NCBI GenBank assembly: GCA_051294375.1
Contig: CM119266.1
Location: forward strand, 1,307,554 to 1,371,553
Length of the DNA: 64,000 nt
Direction: 5' to 3'
Source of the DNA: Paraspadella gotoi
Lineage: Eukaryota > Animalia > Chaetognatha
Under the pieces are notes generated by a model. It did not search any database and was not told where the DNA came from. It saw only the letters and a program-made list of their open reading frames with translations. Numbering within the stretch: the first letter of the stretch is position 1; every line of letters starts with the position of its first letter. Position numbers and translations under genes: made by a program. Shown piece by piece: positions 1 through 16,169 of this stretch.

Positions 1-86
1 CATTCAATCATCCATTCATTTAGTCAGTCAGTCAATAAGTCAATCATTCATTAATTCATTCATTTATTCATACATTCGTTCCAAAC

Positions 87-3074
87 CTGCAGAGTTCATT
101 GGGGTAGAACTTCAACGCTGTTGCGAAGGCATCGCCGATGATTTTCGCCTTCATCAAAACCGGAACCGAGAAGACAAGCGGTTGCTCGATGAAGACGTAG
201 TAATTCTCTGACATCCCGAAGCTGAAAGATTCGAACGGAGATGTGGCGATGAGAGACAGGATGAGTGAACGGAGAAAAGGATGTGGCGATGAGAGACAGG
301 ATGAGTGAAGGGAGAAAGGATGTGGCGAAATGTGATCAGTGACAGGGAGTCATATTTATAATCTATGGGTCAATAGAGGAAAAGGGAAATGGGGTGGGGG
401 AAGTCGATGAAGTGATATCAGAGAAAAGAGACAAGTAAACGTTACAGATGATGCTATTGTAAAATATGAATTCAATTCAATCCCAGAAGTAACTATGGTT
501 ATTGCGCTTACTATGCCTAATAGTCAAGAATCTGGTTGTGGGCAGCCTAGATCCCTAAGCGATCTCTAGGGAAACTGTCAGCAAACGACACTTAACTCCA
601 ATCACAAGAATAAGACTGACTCTCTCACTTGTCGCAAGGGTCTCACGCCCCTTGAGACTCACCTGTGATAATAGGATGGATGGAATTTCCATTTGGCGGG
701 AATTGAGACGACGACTCGTCCGTTGGAGAAAGAATCAATTCTTTTCTCTTCTTTTTCCTCCACTTTCTTTTTTTCTTTATTTTCTTCCTCCACTTTTTCA
801 TTTTCCTTCTCTTTCTTCTCATTCTCTTTATCCCCTTCCTCCATTCCTTTCTTCTTCTCTTCTTCATTTTCTTCCTCAGCTCCTTTCTTTTTTTCTCCAG
901 CAGCTTCCTTCTTCTCCATCTTTTCCACCGGATCGAAACGGATGATATTGTAATGAGGACCGCCGGAGAAGCAGTTGCCAACGTTGTGAACAGTTCCGTC
1001 GTTTTCCACCTGCGAAACAAAGACATTTTTCTTTTCTCTTGGGTGTGAGGTTTATGGGAAGGGCCTTTTACGTATGTATTTCCGTCAGATTTATATTACG
1101 CCCCGAGTACTCGCGAAGCAACAATGAGCAAATTTTTGTTAGATAAATCAGTAGTTCTATCTGTCTTTTTGTCCGCCCATTAAGCTTTCAATCTCACCAA
1201 CCTTGTATGTGAATGTATTGAGTAATTTTAGTTATTTCTTGGTCGCCATGGGATACATCAAATAAAGCACTATTTATATCCTAGGATCATAAAGTCATGA
1301 TATAAATCTAAAGATGGAATCACGCAAAAAACTTAACATTCCTTGATATGTTCCTTATTCATTTTTCACTTTTCGATAGAACTCTTCAGTCTTCACTTCT
1401 AATCTCGTTTAAGAAGTCATTTGTGATCAAACTTCACCACAGGGTGATCAAACTTCACCACAGGGTGATCGAACTTCACCACAGGGTGATCGAACTCACC
1501 ATGGCGTGGGCGGAGGCCATGTTGACGGCGACCCGATCGCTAAGAACAACGCGTCCTTTGGTCTCCAAGGTCTCGGGATCGAATCTCATCACTATGTCTG
1601 TCTCTGTCGCCGCGATCCAATCCTCGCCCACGGGGTAAATCGTCACCAGGGCGTTGTCAGTGAAGTCGGGCTAAGAATGGAATAATTAACCGTTACTTTA
1701 TTTCTGTTTATTAATTATACGTATATTTTCAACTATTTCTGGCCCTAATTGATCCTTTTATACATCGTAAAAGTATATAATTGAGCTATAAGTAGTTTAT
1801 ATTTATTTATTTAGTTTTATTTTTTCAAGCTACCAAGACTGCCTTGAAAAATTATTAGAATCGAAATATTGGGTTAACCAAACATCGAAAATGCAAATAA
1901 AAAATTGCTTAATACTAATCTTAGATATCTTGTGCTCTTATTAAAAGCCAAAACTTTTTTGAGAGAGAGTTGATAGTAGGTAATTAAAAATAAAAAAAAA
2001 ATCACTCAGTTTTTTTTATCAATCAATGACCCATGTCCAAAACTATTTGAAATCCTTAATTTTCTCCCTCATAAAGCGAGAATTGACGTGAAAACGCCCA
2101 GACTTCAGATCGTAACCGTCATGGAACAAGTTCTTCCCTTTATTTTTAGTGGGTTTTAATTTCAACATTCTGAATACCCAGCAGGGATCGAGGTTTGCTT
2201 CAGTAAAAGACCGATTAATTAAAAATCTTGTCCGAATTTGATCGGCCTTACCAAATCAAAGCCACTTTCCCAAATATCGTGTTGCAAGGATCCGTTCTCG
2301 CCTTACCTTAAAGAACGAAGCGACCCTCTGAAAAATGGTCCTGCAAGGATCCAAGCCCACCTTACCTTAAAGAACGAAGCGACCCTCTGAAAAATGGTCT
2401 TGCAAGGATCCAAGCCCACCTTACCTTAAAGAACGAAGCGACCCTCTGAAAAATGGTCTTGCAAGGATCCGGGTAAGCTTTTGTGCCGAACTCGTTGACG
2501 ACGATTCGATTAGCGGCGCGATTCTTCTTTGCCGTCTCAGAGTCGAGGAAGCGGCTGCGGTACTCGACGGTGCCGTCCCGAATCGTCCAGGACTGCAGCA
2601 GCGCCAGACCGTCGAAGTAATGATCGTAGGAAGTGTCGCCCACCTCGAGTTGGCCTTGAAGGGAAGTTATTAGTTATTAGTTATTAGTTATTATTATTAG
2701 TTATTATTATTATTATTATTATTATTAGTTATTAGTTTGTAGTAACCAAGTATCCCGTCGGCAAACAAATGTTTCATCAACTCATTTGAGAATTCCTTTT
2801 TTTTATTTTGAAATCTATGTATATTTTAAATTCACTTTACAGTACATACGTTAACTTCTCACTTACCTGGTCCGTTTCTCATGAGCCTTCCGCGCAACCA
2901 AGACGGCACGGCCCCAGATACGACTTTTCCCATCACGGGCTCCGGATGTTCGGCCACAGTTTTGTACAGGAATCGATTCGGGTTAATTTTTTTCGGCGTC
3001 GTCGTTTGAGTCGTCGTTGCGGGCGTCGTTGGCGCGTCCGTTGACGCCGCTGGGGTCTCTGTTGTCGTCGACAT
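87..3074 (-). CDS. Carotenoid cleavage oxygenase (BCO1/BCO2/RPE65/NinaB family), 5' part; gene continues off the left edge
   Basis: Phase-consistent GT-AG exons 3074-2867, 2654-2425, 1670-1500, 1009-663, 221-87. Family motifs: GAVPSWLRGRLMRNGPG, HYFDGLA, NRIVVNEFGTKAYPDPCKTIF, PDFTDNA, FDPETLET, SAH (first Fe His), PSYYHSFGMSENYYVFIEQP (second Fe His). Orthology within the family is not resolvable here. Confidence 0.95.
225..330. repeat. Short tandem duplication (~41-bp unit, ~2.5 copies) next to the exon-5 acceptor of the oxygenase gene
   Basis: gatgtggcgatgagagacaggatgagtgaa repeated. Confidence 0.8.
1422..1499. repeat. 21-bp tandem repeat (~4 copies) starting at the exon-3 donor of the oxygenase gene
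   Basis: (gtgatcRaacttcaccacagg)n; the copy at the exon edge reads GTGAGT on the minus strand, the others GTGAAGT. Confidence 0.85.
2246..2470 (-). repeat. 59-bp tandem repeat spanning the exon-2 3' end and splice donor (3 near-identical copies plus 1 diverged copy)
   Basis: Unit ccttaccttaaagaacgaagcgaccctctgaaaaatggtcttgcaaggatccaagccca at ~2301, 2360, 2419; diverged copy at 2246-2293. Confidence 0.9.
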
Positions 3075-3228
3075 TTTACCTTTCACCAAAGACTCGAACC
3101 CAAATATATATGGACTCGGTTAACCTACGGAAATAAATGCAGTAGAAAAACGTGAAAATTTGAAACTGAATCGTTAAAAATGGTAATCGAAGTAAAACGA
3201 GTTACGAAATTTGTGTGTATCTCAATCT

Positions 3229-3305
<77 letters not shown>

Positions 3306-3988
3306 TGGTATTCGTGGTTAATAGAACAGAAATTCAATTAAAAATCTAGAGTCCGAGAATGAAAACACACTTGAGCACGAAATTTCTTGTCGCGGCGAAG
3401 GAGACGGCGGAGACACGGCTCGGTCCAATGACTAAATGTCCGTCCGTTTTTCCGTCAAATTGACCATAACGACGACGACAAGACGGGGTCGGTATCAGTC
3501 GGCTAAGAAAAGTTTAAACAACTAAGTTAGATGAGAGGGTAAAATTATATGAATGTATAATGTCAATTATTTAGAATCTAAAACTAAAAATAGTGAAACA
3601 AGTACTAATTTTACCGATTTCATAAAATGAAGAATTTAACAAAAAAACAAATGAGACGGAAAATGAAAAGATTAACTCGATCGAATAAATTTGAATTGGA
3701 AAACTGATTTGGTTTCGAAGCAACAGCAGAAGAAAGCAACAACTAGAATCGATAATTTTATCCTGAGAATTTTTGTTTTGGACGAGAGAACATTAAAGTG
3801 CGAAGTTCATTCGATGATCTGAAAATTGAAATTTAGATTTTCTGGTCCCGATTTTCGTGTTTGTGACGTCATGCATAAAAGACGAAATTTTTTAGTTTTT
3901 AAATTATTTTTTTGTTTTAGAGAGCCTGGGACCATTAAAACTTCTCCCTCTTTATTTCACTGATTGTAACAGAAATAGAAAGAAACGA

Positions 3989-4036
<48 letters not shown>

Positions 4037-4089
4037 AAAGAAAGAAAGAAGAAGAGAGAAAGAAAGAATACGACACGGAGAGAAGAGAG

Positions 4090-4134
<45 letters not shown>

Positions 4135-4391
4135 ACAGAATAAAACGCCTATTTCATTAGCTTTATTAAAATTACAGCCGCGTAGAGCTAGACCCTAAGG
4201 TGAATCTTTTGTTTTACAAATTCACCTGGTGAACGAATCTGCGGCGACCAACAGATCGATGAGGCGACCCTGACGGATTTGCAAAAAACCAAGAACGCTA
4301 TTGCCGTCGTTTTTCTCTATCTAAATAAAAAGCAAACTTTTGCCCATGTCCCGTTTTCGTTGCATTTATGAACGACAATTCTTAACTGACC

Positions 4392-4558
4392 TCACTTTGC
4401 AATGGACATAATATTGTCTAATCTCTATTATTTAGAATATTCGTCCAATAACTGATTAACTAAAAACATAAACTATAAACACTTTGCAATGAACAGAATA
4501 TTGTCTAATGTTTATTATTTAGAATATTCGTCCAATAACTGATTAACTAAAAACATAA
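4392..4558. repeat. Direct duplication of ~80 bp
   Basis: cactttgcaatg..aatattgtctaat..tagaatattcgtccaataactgattaactaaaaacataa twice. Confidence 0.85.
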
Positions 4559-4693
4559 GTCTTGTCTTGATATTGTTGGCTCAAACTGGTTTTCACGATA
4601 TGTAACAACATAAAAAAACATATAAATATTTTATTTGAAAAACAATCAAACATCTGTAAAATTGTTCAATATTAGCTCAGCATAATCAGAAGG

Positions 4694-5327
4694 CACTATA
4701 AGAGCTTAGTAGGGTGGATGACGGAAAATATCACAGGACCTTGGCTATTCGAAGCCGAACAACTGACACTTTAAGAGCTTAGTAGGGTGGATGACGGAAA
4801 ATATCAACAGGGCCTCGCTATTGAGCCAGAACGACTACACTATAAGAGCTTAGTAGGGTGGATGACGGAAAAATATCACAGGGCCTCGCTATCGAGCCAA
4901 GAATGACTACACTATAAGAGCTTAGTAGGGTGGATGACGGAATAATATCCAGGGCCTCGCTATCGAGCCAGAAGACTACACTATAAGAGCTTAGTAGAGT
5001 GGATGACGGAAAATATCACAGGGCCTTGCTATTGAGCCAGAACAACTACACTTTAAGAGCTTAGTAGGGTGGATGACGGAAAATATCACAGGGCCTCGCT
5101 ATTGAGCCAGAACGACTACACTATAAGAGCTTAGTAGGGGGATGACGGAAAATATCACAGGGCCTCGCTATCGAGCCAGAATGACTACACTATAAGAGCT
5201 TAGTAGGGTGGATGACGGAAAAATATCCAGGGCCTCGCTATCGAGCCAGAATGACTACACTATAAGAGCTTTAGTAGGGTGGATGACGGAAAATATCACA
5301 GGGCCGCTCGGCTATTGAGCCAGAACG
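4694..5327. repeat. Minisatellite, ~70-bp unit x9
   Basis: gagcttagtagggtggatgacggaaaatatcacagggcctcgctattgagccagaacgactacactataa head-to-tail, no unique spacers. Confidence 0.95.
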
Positions 5328-5674
5328 AAGGGAATCTCACAAAACAGAGTTGAGGGTCAAAGTGAATTTTGTTTACTTTGTCGAAAGAGCGATCTTTTAA
5401 AGGTCGCCTTACCCGCCAGACGCGGGATTGTAAACGAACCTGTAAACATACTTCGCTCATTGTTTATGTTTACGGTCACGATTTTTAGTCGTACCTTAAA
5501 TCTGTTATGGCAGAAAAATTCGTGTCATCCTCTGAATAATAATTACAAACAGTTCGAGATATTAGATTGATTGAAAAAAAATTACGTAAAAAATATAATA
5601 AAGAATTAAATTTAGTCGTTTAAAAAAAAAGCAATTGAAATCCGCCGATAAAAACAAATTAAAAAATTCCCATC

Positions 5675-9844
<4,170 letters not shown>

Positions 9845-9845
9845 T

Positions 9846-9879
<34 letters not shown>

Positions 9880-10297
9880 CGCGTGCCGAAATTGAGAGGG
9901 TCAGTCCGTGAAAAGAACGAAAGTCCCGCTGTGTTGGGTGGACAGACTTTTTCAACAAAGAGAGAAAAGGCGAGGAAAGGTTTCGACCCCCAGATGGCAG
10001 AGGAGGAACTGCGAGGAACAAAAGACAATAGATGGGGTGAGGAAAAAGACGTCGACAACGACGACGACGACGACCACGGAGGGGATGGGGGTTTCGACGG
10101 CTCAGAAAAGCATTGTTGTTATCACAGGCTTCGTTTTTGTCGTTATATTTTGTTTTTAATAAAAATAATGTTTTTTTGTTTTTAATGCAGAAATCCGTTA
10201 TTGAATATTTCTTGCTGATTAGATTTACTAATTCCTTTAATCACCTAGACATTGATTGATTCCTCGCTTGATTGATTGATTTATTGATTGATATACC

Positions 10298-10360
<63 letters not shown>

Positions 10361-10877
10361 AATGAGTCATCTCTCGATCAATAAACCTACGGGAGGTCGA
10401 ATGCGAATCTGTGGATCACAGAATCCGACGAAACCAAAATGTAAAGTCGGGTAAAAGTGGGAAAAGATGAAATTTTAATTGAATTATCAATCATTAATAA
10501 CTTTAATCTGAGTAGATCGTTTATTTTTTCCAAAGATACAATTTTAAAAAAAATCGATCTATCACAACAACTGTTACGTCGTAAATTTGTGGAAAATATT
10601 GAAAATTAATTTTACTGGAACTTGACTGTAATTTACTGGAATTAACTTTATATTTTTTCTCACAAGGACTCAAGTACTGGAATAAGAAGTTTATCAATAA
10701 AACGGGACCCAATAAAAAATTGATCTAAAATGGGATGAATCACTCGGAATCACTGGCCCCCGCCGTGAATTCAAAGCTTCAGCCTCGACTCACGAAATCA
10801 GGGGATTTTCACGAGGGACCAGGTTTTTTTGTTCCGAGGGTTTGTTTCGCTCGGCGACGACACAAATCTCCTTTTCA

Positions 10878-11002
<125 letters not shown>

Positions 11003-12236
11003 ACTGGAATTGGTTCAAAGTTGAGCACCGCCCTTTAAATCTCTGTTTTCTTACAATTCCCGCCCCCCCAAAAAAGTGCTTCATTTTCTCTTTTTTTTCT
11101 TCGCATTTGAAGCGAAAACCAGAGAAAAATCGTCGATTATTTGAGATTTCGATGACAAAATGTGTCATAACTCATGAGGTGTTGTCGTCGTCGTCATTGT
11201 CGTCGTCGTCGTCGTCATCAATCTCCGAACTTTACTTTTTTAAAAAAATATTTCTTATTATATGTAGTTAAAGTCGTTTGTATTAGTTTTGTTAGTATTA
11301 GTTATACTTATAAGTACTCTAATATTAATTTTTCTTTTAAAAATCTTCAACGACCATTCTTCAAATTTTCATTATTTTCTACTAATATACTACTGAAAAT
11401 ATATTATGAGTATCAAAATATTTTCTTGAAGTTTAAATGTGACGGCTAAATATTTTTCGCCACCCAATCTTAAAATCTCCCCGAAGACATTTGAGCCAAT
11501 TAATTTCGCCGGCGTCATTTATTTCCCGTTGAGAGTTGGAAGCGTGACGTCACTTTAAAAAATGTGAAGCCTTTTTCTTAATGAATTAAGTTTGAGGAGG
11601 GAAGCCGCTTTTTAGTTAAAATGTAATTGAAAGAATGAAAAAACGGATGGTAAGAAATAATAAAAGAAGGAAAATACCGTAAGAAAATAAATGGAAATAA
11701 ATAAAAAAATAAGAAATAAACATACAGAAAAAAAGCAAAAATAGCAACAAAAAAATAAGAAAAAATAAATTAAGATAGAAATAAATTAAGAGAGAGAGAA
11801 AGAAATTAAAAAAAATAAATAAAGAAAGAAAGAAAGAAAGAAAGAGAGAAAGAAAGAAAAAAGAGCAAAGGCAGAAATCTTTGGCATTTTTTGCGGTTGA
11901 GTCGCTTCTAAATAGTGAACAGGAATTTACTTAAAATTATCCTGTAAGCTAAAAGTTTTATTCGTAGCTTATATATTAAGTGAATGGATAATTTTATATT
12001 GGTTGTACCAATTTCATAGATTTTTTAAACTATTGTTATTAACTCATATGTAGGAGTTTAATTAGGTAACAATATTCTATTGAAAATCAAGTTATTTTTT
12101 AGTGATTTGATCTCAATCCATCCTGTTTTTCCTCCGCACTGATCGAGTTTTACTTTTTTTAACGCGACGATGAATGTTGAAATTCGGTTGAGTGGGTTAG
12201 GGTTACGATTTAGAGAGTCAGACTGAGGGAGGGTGA

Positions 12237-12328
<92 letters not shown>

Positions 12329-12415
12329 CACTCAAGGAGAGCGGATAAACGAAGCATTGTAGCAAATTGCCGTAAACAGAATTCCTTTCCCGTTGAAGCG
12401 TAACAAACTCATAAC

Positions 12416-12450
<35 letters not shown>

Positions 12451-13078
12451 ACAGTGACTGAGATCAAGCAAGGGAGAGAGAGGAGAGAGAGATCATCATT
12501 AGCAACAACGAGGGATCCCACCGGCTTCTCCGCAAGAAAGAGAAAGAGAGAGAGAGAGAGATCAGAAAATATTTGACCATTTGCATATATAATCGCTGAC
12601 TTTTTAAAAAGACGCGCGTTCAACCGTCAAATCGAGACAAAAATAACAACAACAACAACAACAAGAAACGAGTCTACTGGACGGTTCACTCCGCCAAAGT
12701 GGGTCAGAGTTCAGCCTTACCTTAAGGTAAGGATGAGCGCGACAGTCGAATCCGAAATCAAACAAGCGGAAGGTAGTAAGATTGTAAGCGAGACACTTCA
12801 TCTTAATTCTTATCCATGAATTCTAGTATCTCTCGTGATTGACAGAAACAGCAATCTGTTATCTGAGTCACAACAGTAAATTGGGTCAGTCTGAATTCAA
12901 AGGAATTCAGACTCACTCAGTCCTGCCACGGGACAAGCTCGGCCTATTTTACGATTTCCATCTCCACGCCTAAAAAGTGTGAAACCCTTCTTCACTCTTT
13001 TCACTCTCACCATTTCACCGCAAAGTTCACAATTGACTGTCACGTGACAAAAGTTTTACGATCATGAAGACTGGGGAG

Positions 13079-13674
13079 TAAGGCGCAGTAAAATTTCTAA
13101 ATTTAACTTTAATTAAAATTCTAAAAGTGAGGAACGAACAACATTATACTAATGAACTTTTATGTAATAAAAATATTTATAATAAATTTCACAATTTACG
13201 CAGTAGTACTAATCCAATAAATGTTAAAATTTCAAAGCAGTTTTTTCTAAGATTTTTTGCAGATTTGGATTTGTCATAAAAAGTTGATAAAAAGAAATAT
13301 AACTCTTTTTGAAAAATTCCTTCATTAAGTGTGTCAAAAAACAGAAAAAGCTATATTTTAAGCTGAAAATTTACTTTTTATATATTAAATATAGTTTTTT
13401 TCATTTTTAACCCACTTAATGAAAGAATTTTTAAAAATGATTTATATTTTCTTTTATCAACTATTGACAAGGAATGCAAATCTGCATTCAAAATTTAAAA
13501 AAGCCTATTTTGAAATTTTTCGATTTTATAAGGATAGTACTCTGTATAAATATAGCCTACTGTGAAAATTAAAAAAACATAAAATTAATTTTTTTTACAA
13601 ATTAATGTTCACTGATGGTATGTTGTTCATAATTGACTTTTAGAATTTCCGTACGTAACTTTCACTACGCTCTA
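13079..13674. mobile_element. ~600-bp non-autonomous hAT-type MITE, copy 1
   Basis: Imperfect TIRs taaggcgcagt..actacgctcta; 8-bp TSD ctggggag at 13071-13078 and 13675-13682; body is the reverse complement of 31067-31678. Confidence 0.9.
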
Positions 13675-14507
13675 CTGGGGAGGGAGAAATGGGTCGGAGA
13701 GAGAAAGGGGAGGGGAAGAAGGAGGAAAGGGGGTGAAATTAAAAAGCAGGGAGAGGAGGAGGAAGAGGAGGAAGATGAGGATGAGGAGGAGGAGGAGGAA
13801 GAGGAAGAATTTGCCATCCGTAAAAACGAGAAAAGCCAACGAGAATCCACTTGACTTCGATCTCGGAATTCTACGGGACTGCCCCTCCTCTCTCCCTCTC
13901 CCTTTTCTCTCTCTCTTTCTCTCTCTCTCTCTTCTCTCTCTCTCCTCTCTCTTCCTCTCTCTCTCTCCTCTCTCTCTCTCCCTCTTCTCACTCTCTCTTC
14001 TCTCGTCAGGAATTGTTAGGAAAGTTATCTTTTGTAACTGGTCTCGGTTTAGGTTTACGGATAAATTTTTAAGGGAATGGTTCCTCTCACTTTTTCAAAA
14101 AAAAAAAAAATCTTAGGCTGTAACTTTAGGCGACGCAAAGAGGAAAGAAAGGGCGAGGGTTACAACAGAATCGGTTATTACTAAACAGAAGAATTTTTTG
14201 GCGGTCTCTTTTCGGTGTGTTTAAAAGGAGAGGGAGAATAGAGGGGGTAAAAAAAGACAGAGAGAAGCAGAGAGAGAGACGGAGAGAGGAGATTGAGACG
14301 AGAGCAGAGAGAGAGAGAGAGAGAGAGAAATATTCTGACAATCTGGATACTCTTTTCCGGTTATCATTTTCGGGAAAAAAAAATTTTCTCTCCCGAAATC
14401 ATTCCGATTTTTACAATCGCCCTTAAGACTAGCCAGCCCGGTTAGAGGAAAATATTTGTAAAATCGAGAGAGAGAGAGAGAGATACCGTGGATAAAAATA
14501 ATTTCAT

Positions 14508-14508
14508 A

Positions 14509-14599
<91 letters not shown>
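14508..14599. repeat. (ATT)n microsatellite, representative of many (AG)n, (AAAG)n, (GAC)n and (CAT)n tracts across the window
   Basis: ~30 ATT units; long (AG/CT)n tracts also at e.g. 3231, 7374, 10881, 12239, 15323, 18913, 43123, 47820. Confidence 0.95.
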
Positions 14600-14601
<2 letters not shown>

Positions 14602-15320
14602 TTTGTTTGTAGTTAGGTATTTCAGTTAAATCTATCAATCAATCAAATCAATCAATATTAAGACCATGAAAAAAAATTCATATCCTATGTGTTATGACGG
14701 AAAAAGATTGACTAATAGAATTACGATAATGAGGCAGACTTTAGTCAACTTTTTCGATAACAACCATCGAAAGATTTACAATCGATAACATTTTTATCTT
14801 TTTTTTTTATTCCTTTGCGATTTCATTGTAAATTCGGAACCTTTGATCCATCGTAAGTTTTTTTTTCCTCGCGTAGTAAAACGTAAACAAAATTCCTGGA
14901 CGAAAAAGATAAGACAAAAACAAAAGTTTATTATTATCAAATATCACATTTCATAAACATTTATCCCTCGCGAGGATAAAAGGCAATGATCGTTCGTTAT
15001 AAAGACAATCAAAATTGCAATGTAATTACAATAACATTAAAAATAATTACAACTACGCTCGTAAAGGGACGCTTTATTTTCAGAGGCACGTTTTTTATTA
15101 TATTATTTATTTCCTAAGTGGGAAGTATGACAAACATAGCAGGGAATTATGTTAACCGTTGAAAGAAAAGATTTTTTTTAAATTGCTTTTTTTGTTTTAA
15201 TTTTCCGAGATGTTGATAAATCAAAATTTTTGCGGACAAACTTTTTTTTAAAATCTGGGCGGTAACGTTTTTTAAGATTCTTTAAGACATTCACTATTCC
15301 TCTATCGAAGAATAATCACT

Positions 15321-15404
<84 letters not shown>

Positions 15405-16169
15405 CTTTATCAAAAGAGGCGCACAAATATATTCTCAAAACATAAAAGAGTAAGCAATATTCTTTAATCGAATTGCGAAGAAAAAGGAAGTTTTGGACTA
15501 ATGGAGGAAAAAAGCTTAACTGATAAACTTCCTTTGTTGATGGTAACATTTGATTGCCTTTTTTTAACCACGTTGTTTTTCTCGCTTTTTTAAAAACAAT
15601 TTCTTTCTTTTAAATTAATTAAAATAACTGCTTTCCCACTTATTACTTCTCTATTTCTACTTTCAGTCTCCCTTCTGTTCCTCACTCGCAAAAATATCTT
15701 TCTTTTTCTCTTGAGTGTTTTTATCAATATCATAATCAGTTAACCATTCTTTTCGACATGCACTCCTGTGCAAAAAAAAGAGGCCCCATTTTAAATTTAA
15801 TTCACGGCCGCCCTATGAAATACTTTTAAAGAATTTGTTAGAAATTAGTTAAGTGTAAGTCTCGAAAAGTGTAAGTCTCTTTAAATTTAGCCAAGTGGTT
15901 TAGGAGTTACGATTTTTTTATTTAAATTGACCTTTATTTTACCACTATATATTTTTTTAAATTATTTCATATAACTTTTTTAAAAGGCAGTAATCAATCG
16001 GTCCGTCTTTTTTACACAGGAGTGTATTTTTCCACTACCAGAAAAAAAAGCGCAATCATCCAAAAGTTTAACAAATGTTTTTATCCACTCTTTAAACTTT
16101 CTTCACTATTCCCAGATCCATCTTTATCAACCCCCCACCTCTACTTTCCCCATCGGCCATCACCCACCA

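Noticed and set aside
4694-5327. CRISPR-like or guide-RNA array next to the HNH-like gene
   Set aside because: Units are near-identical end to end with no unique spacers, and the context is eukaryotic, so it is a minisatellite
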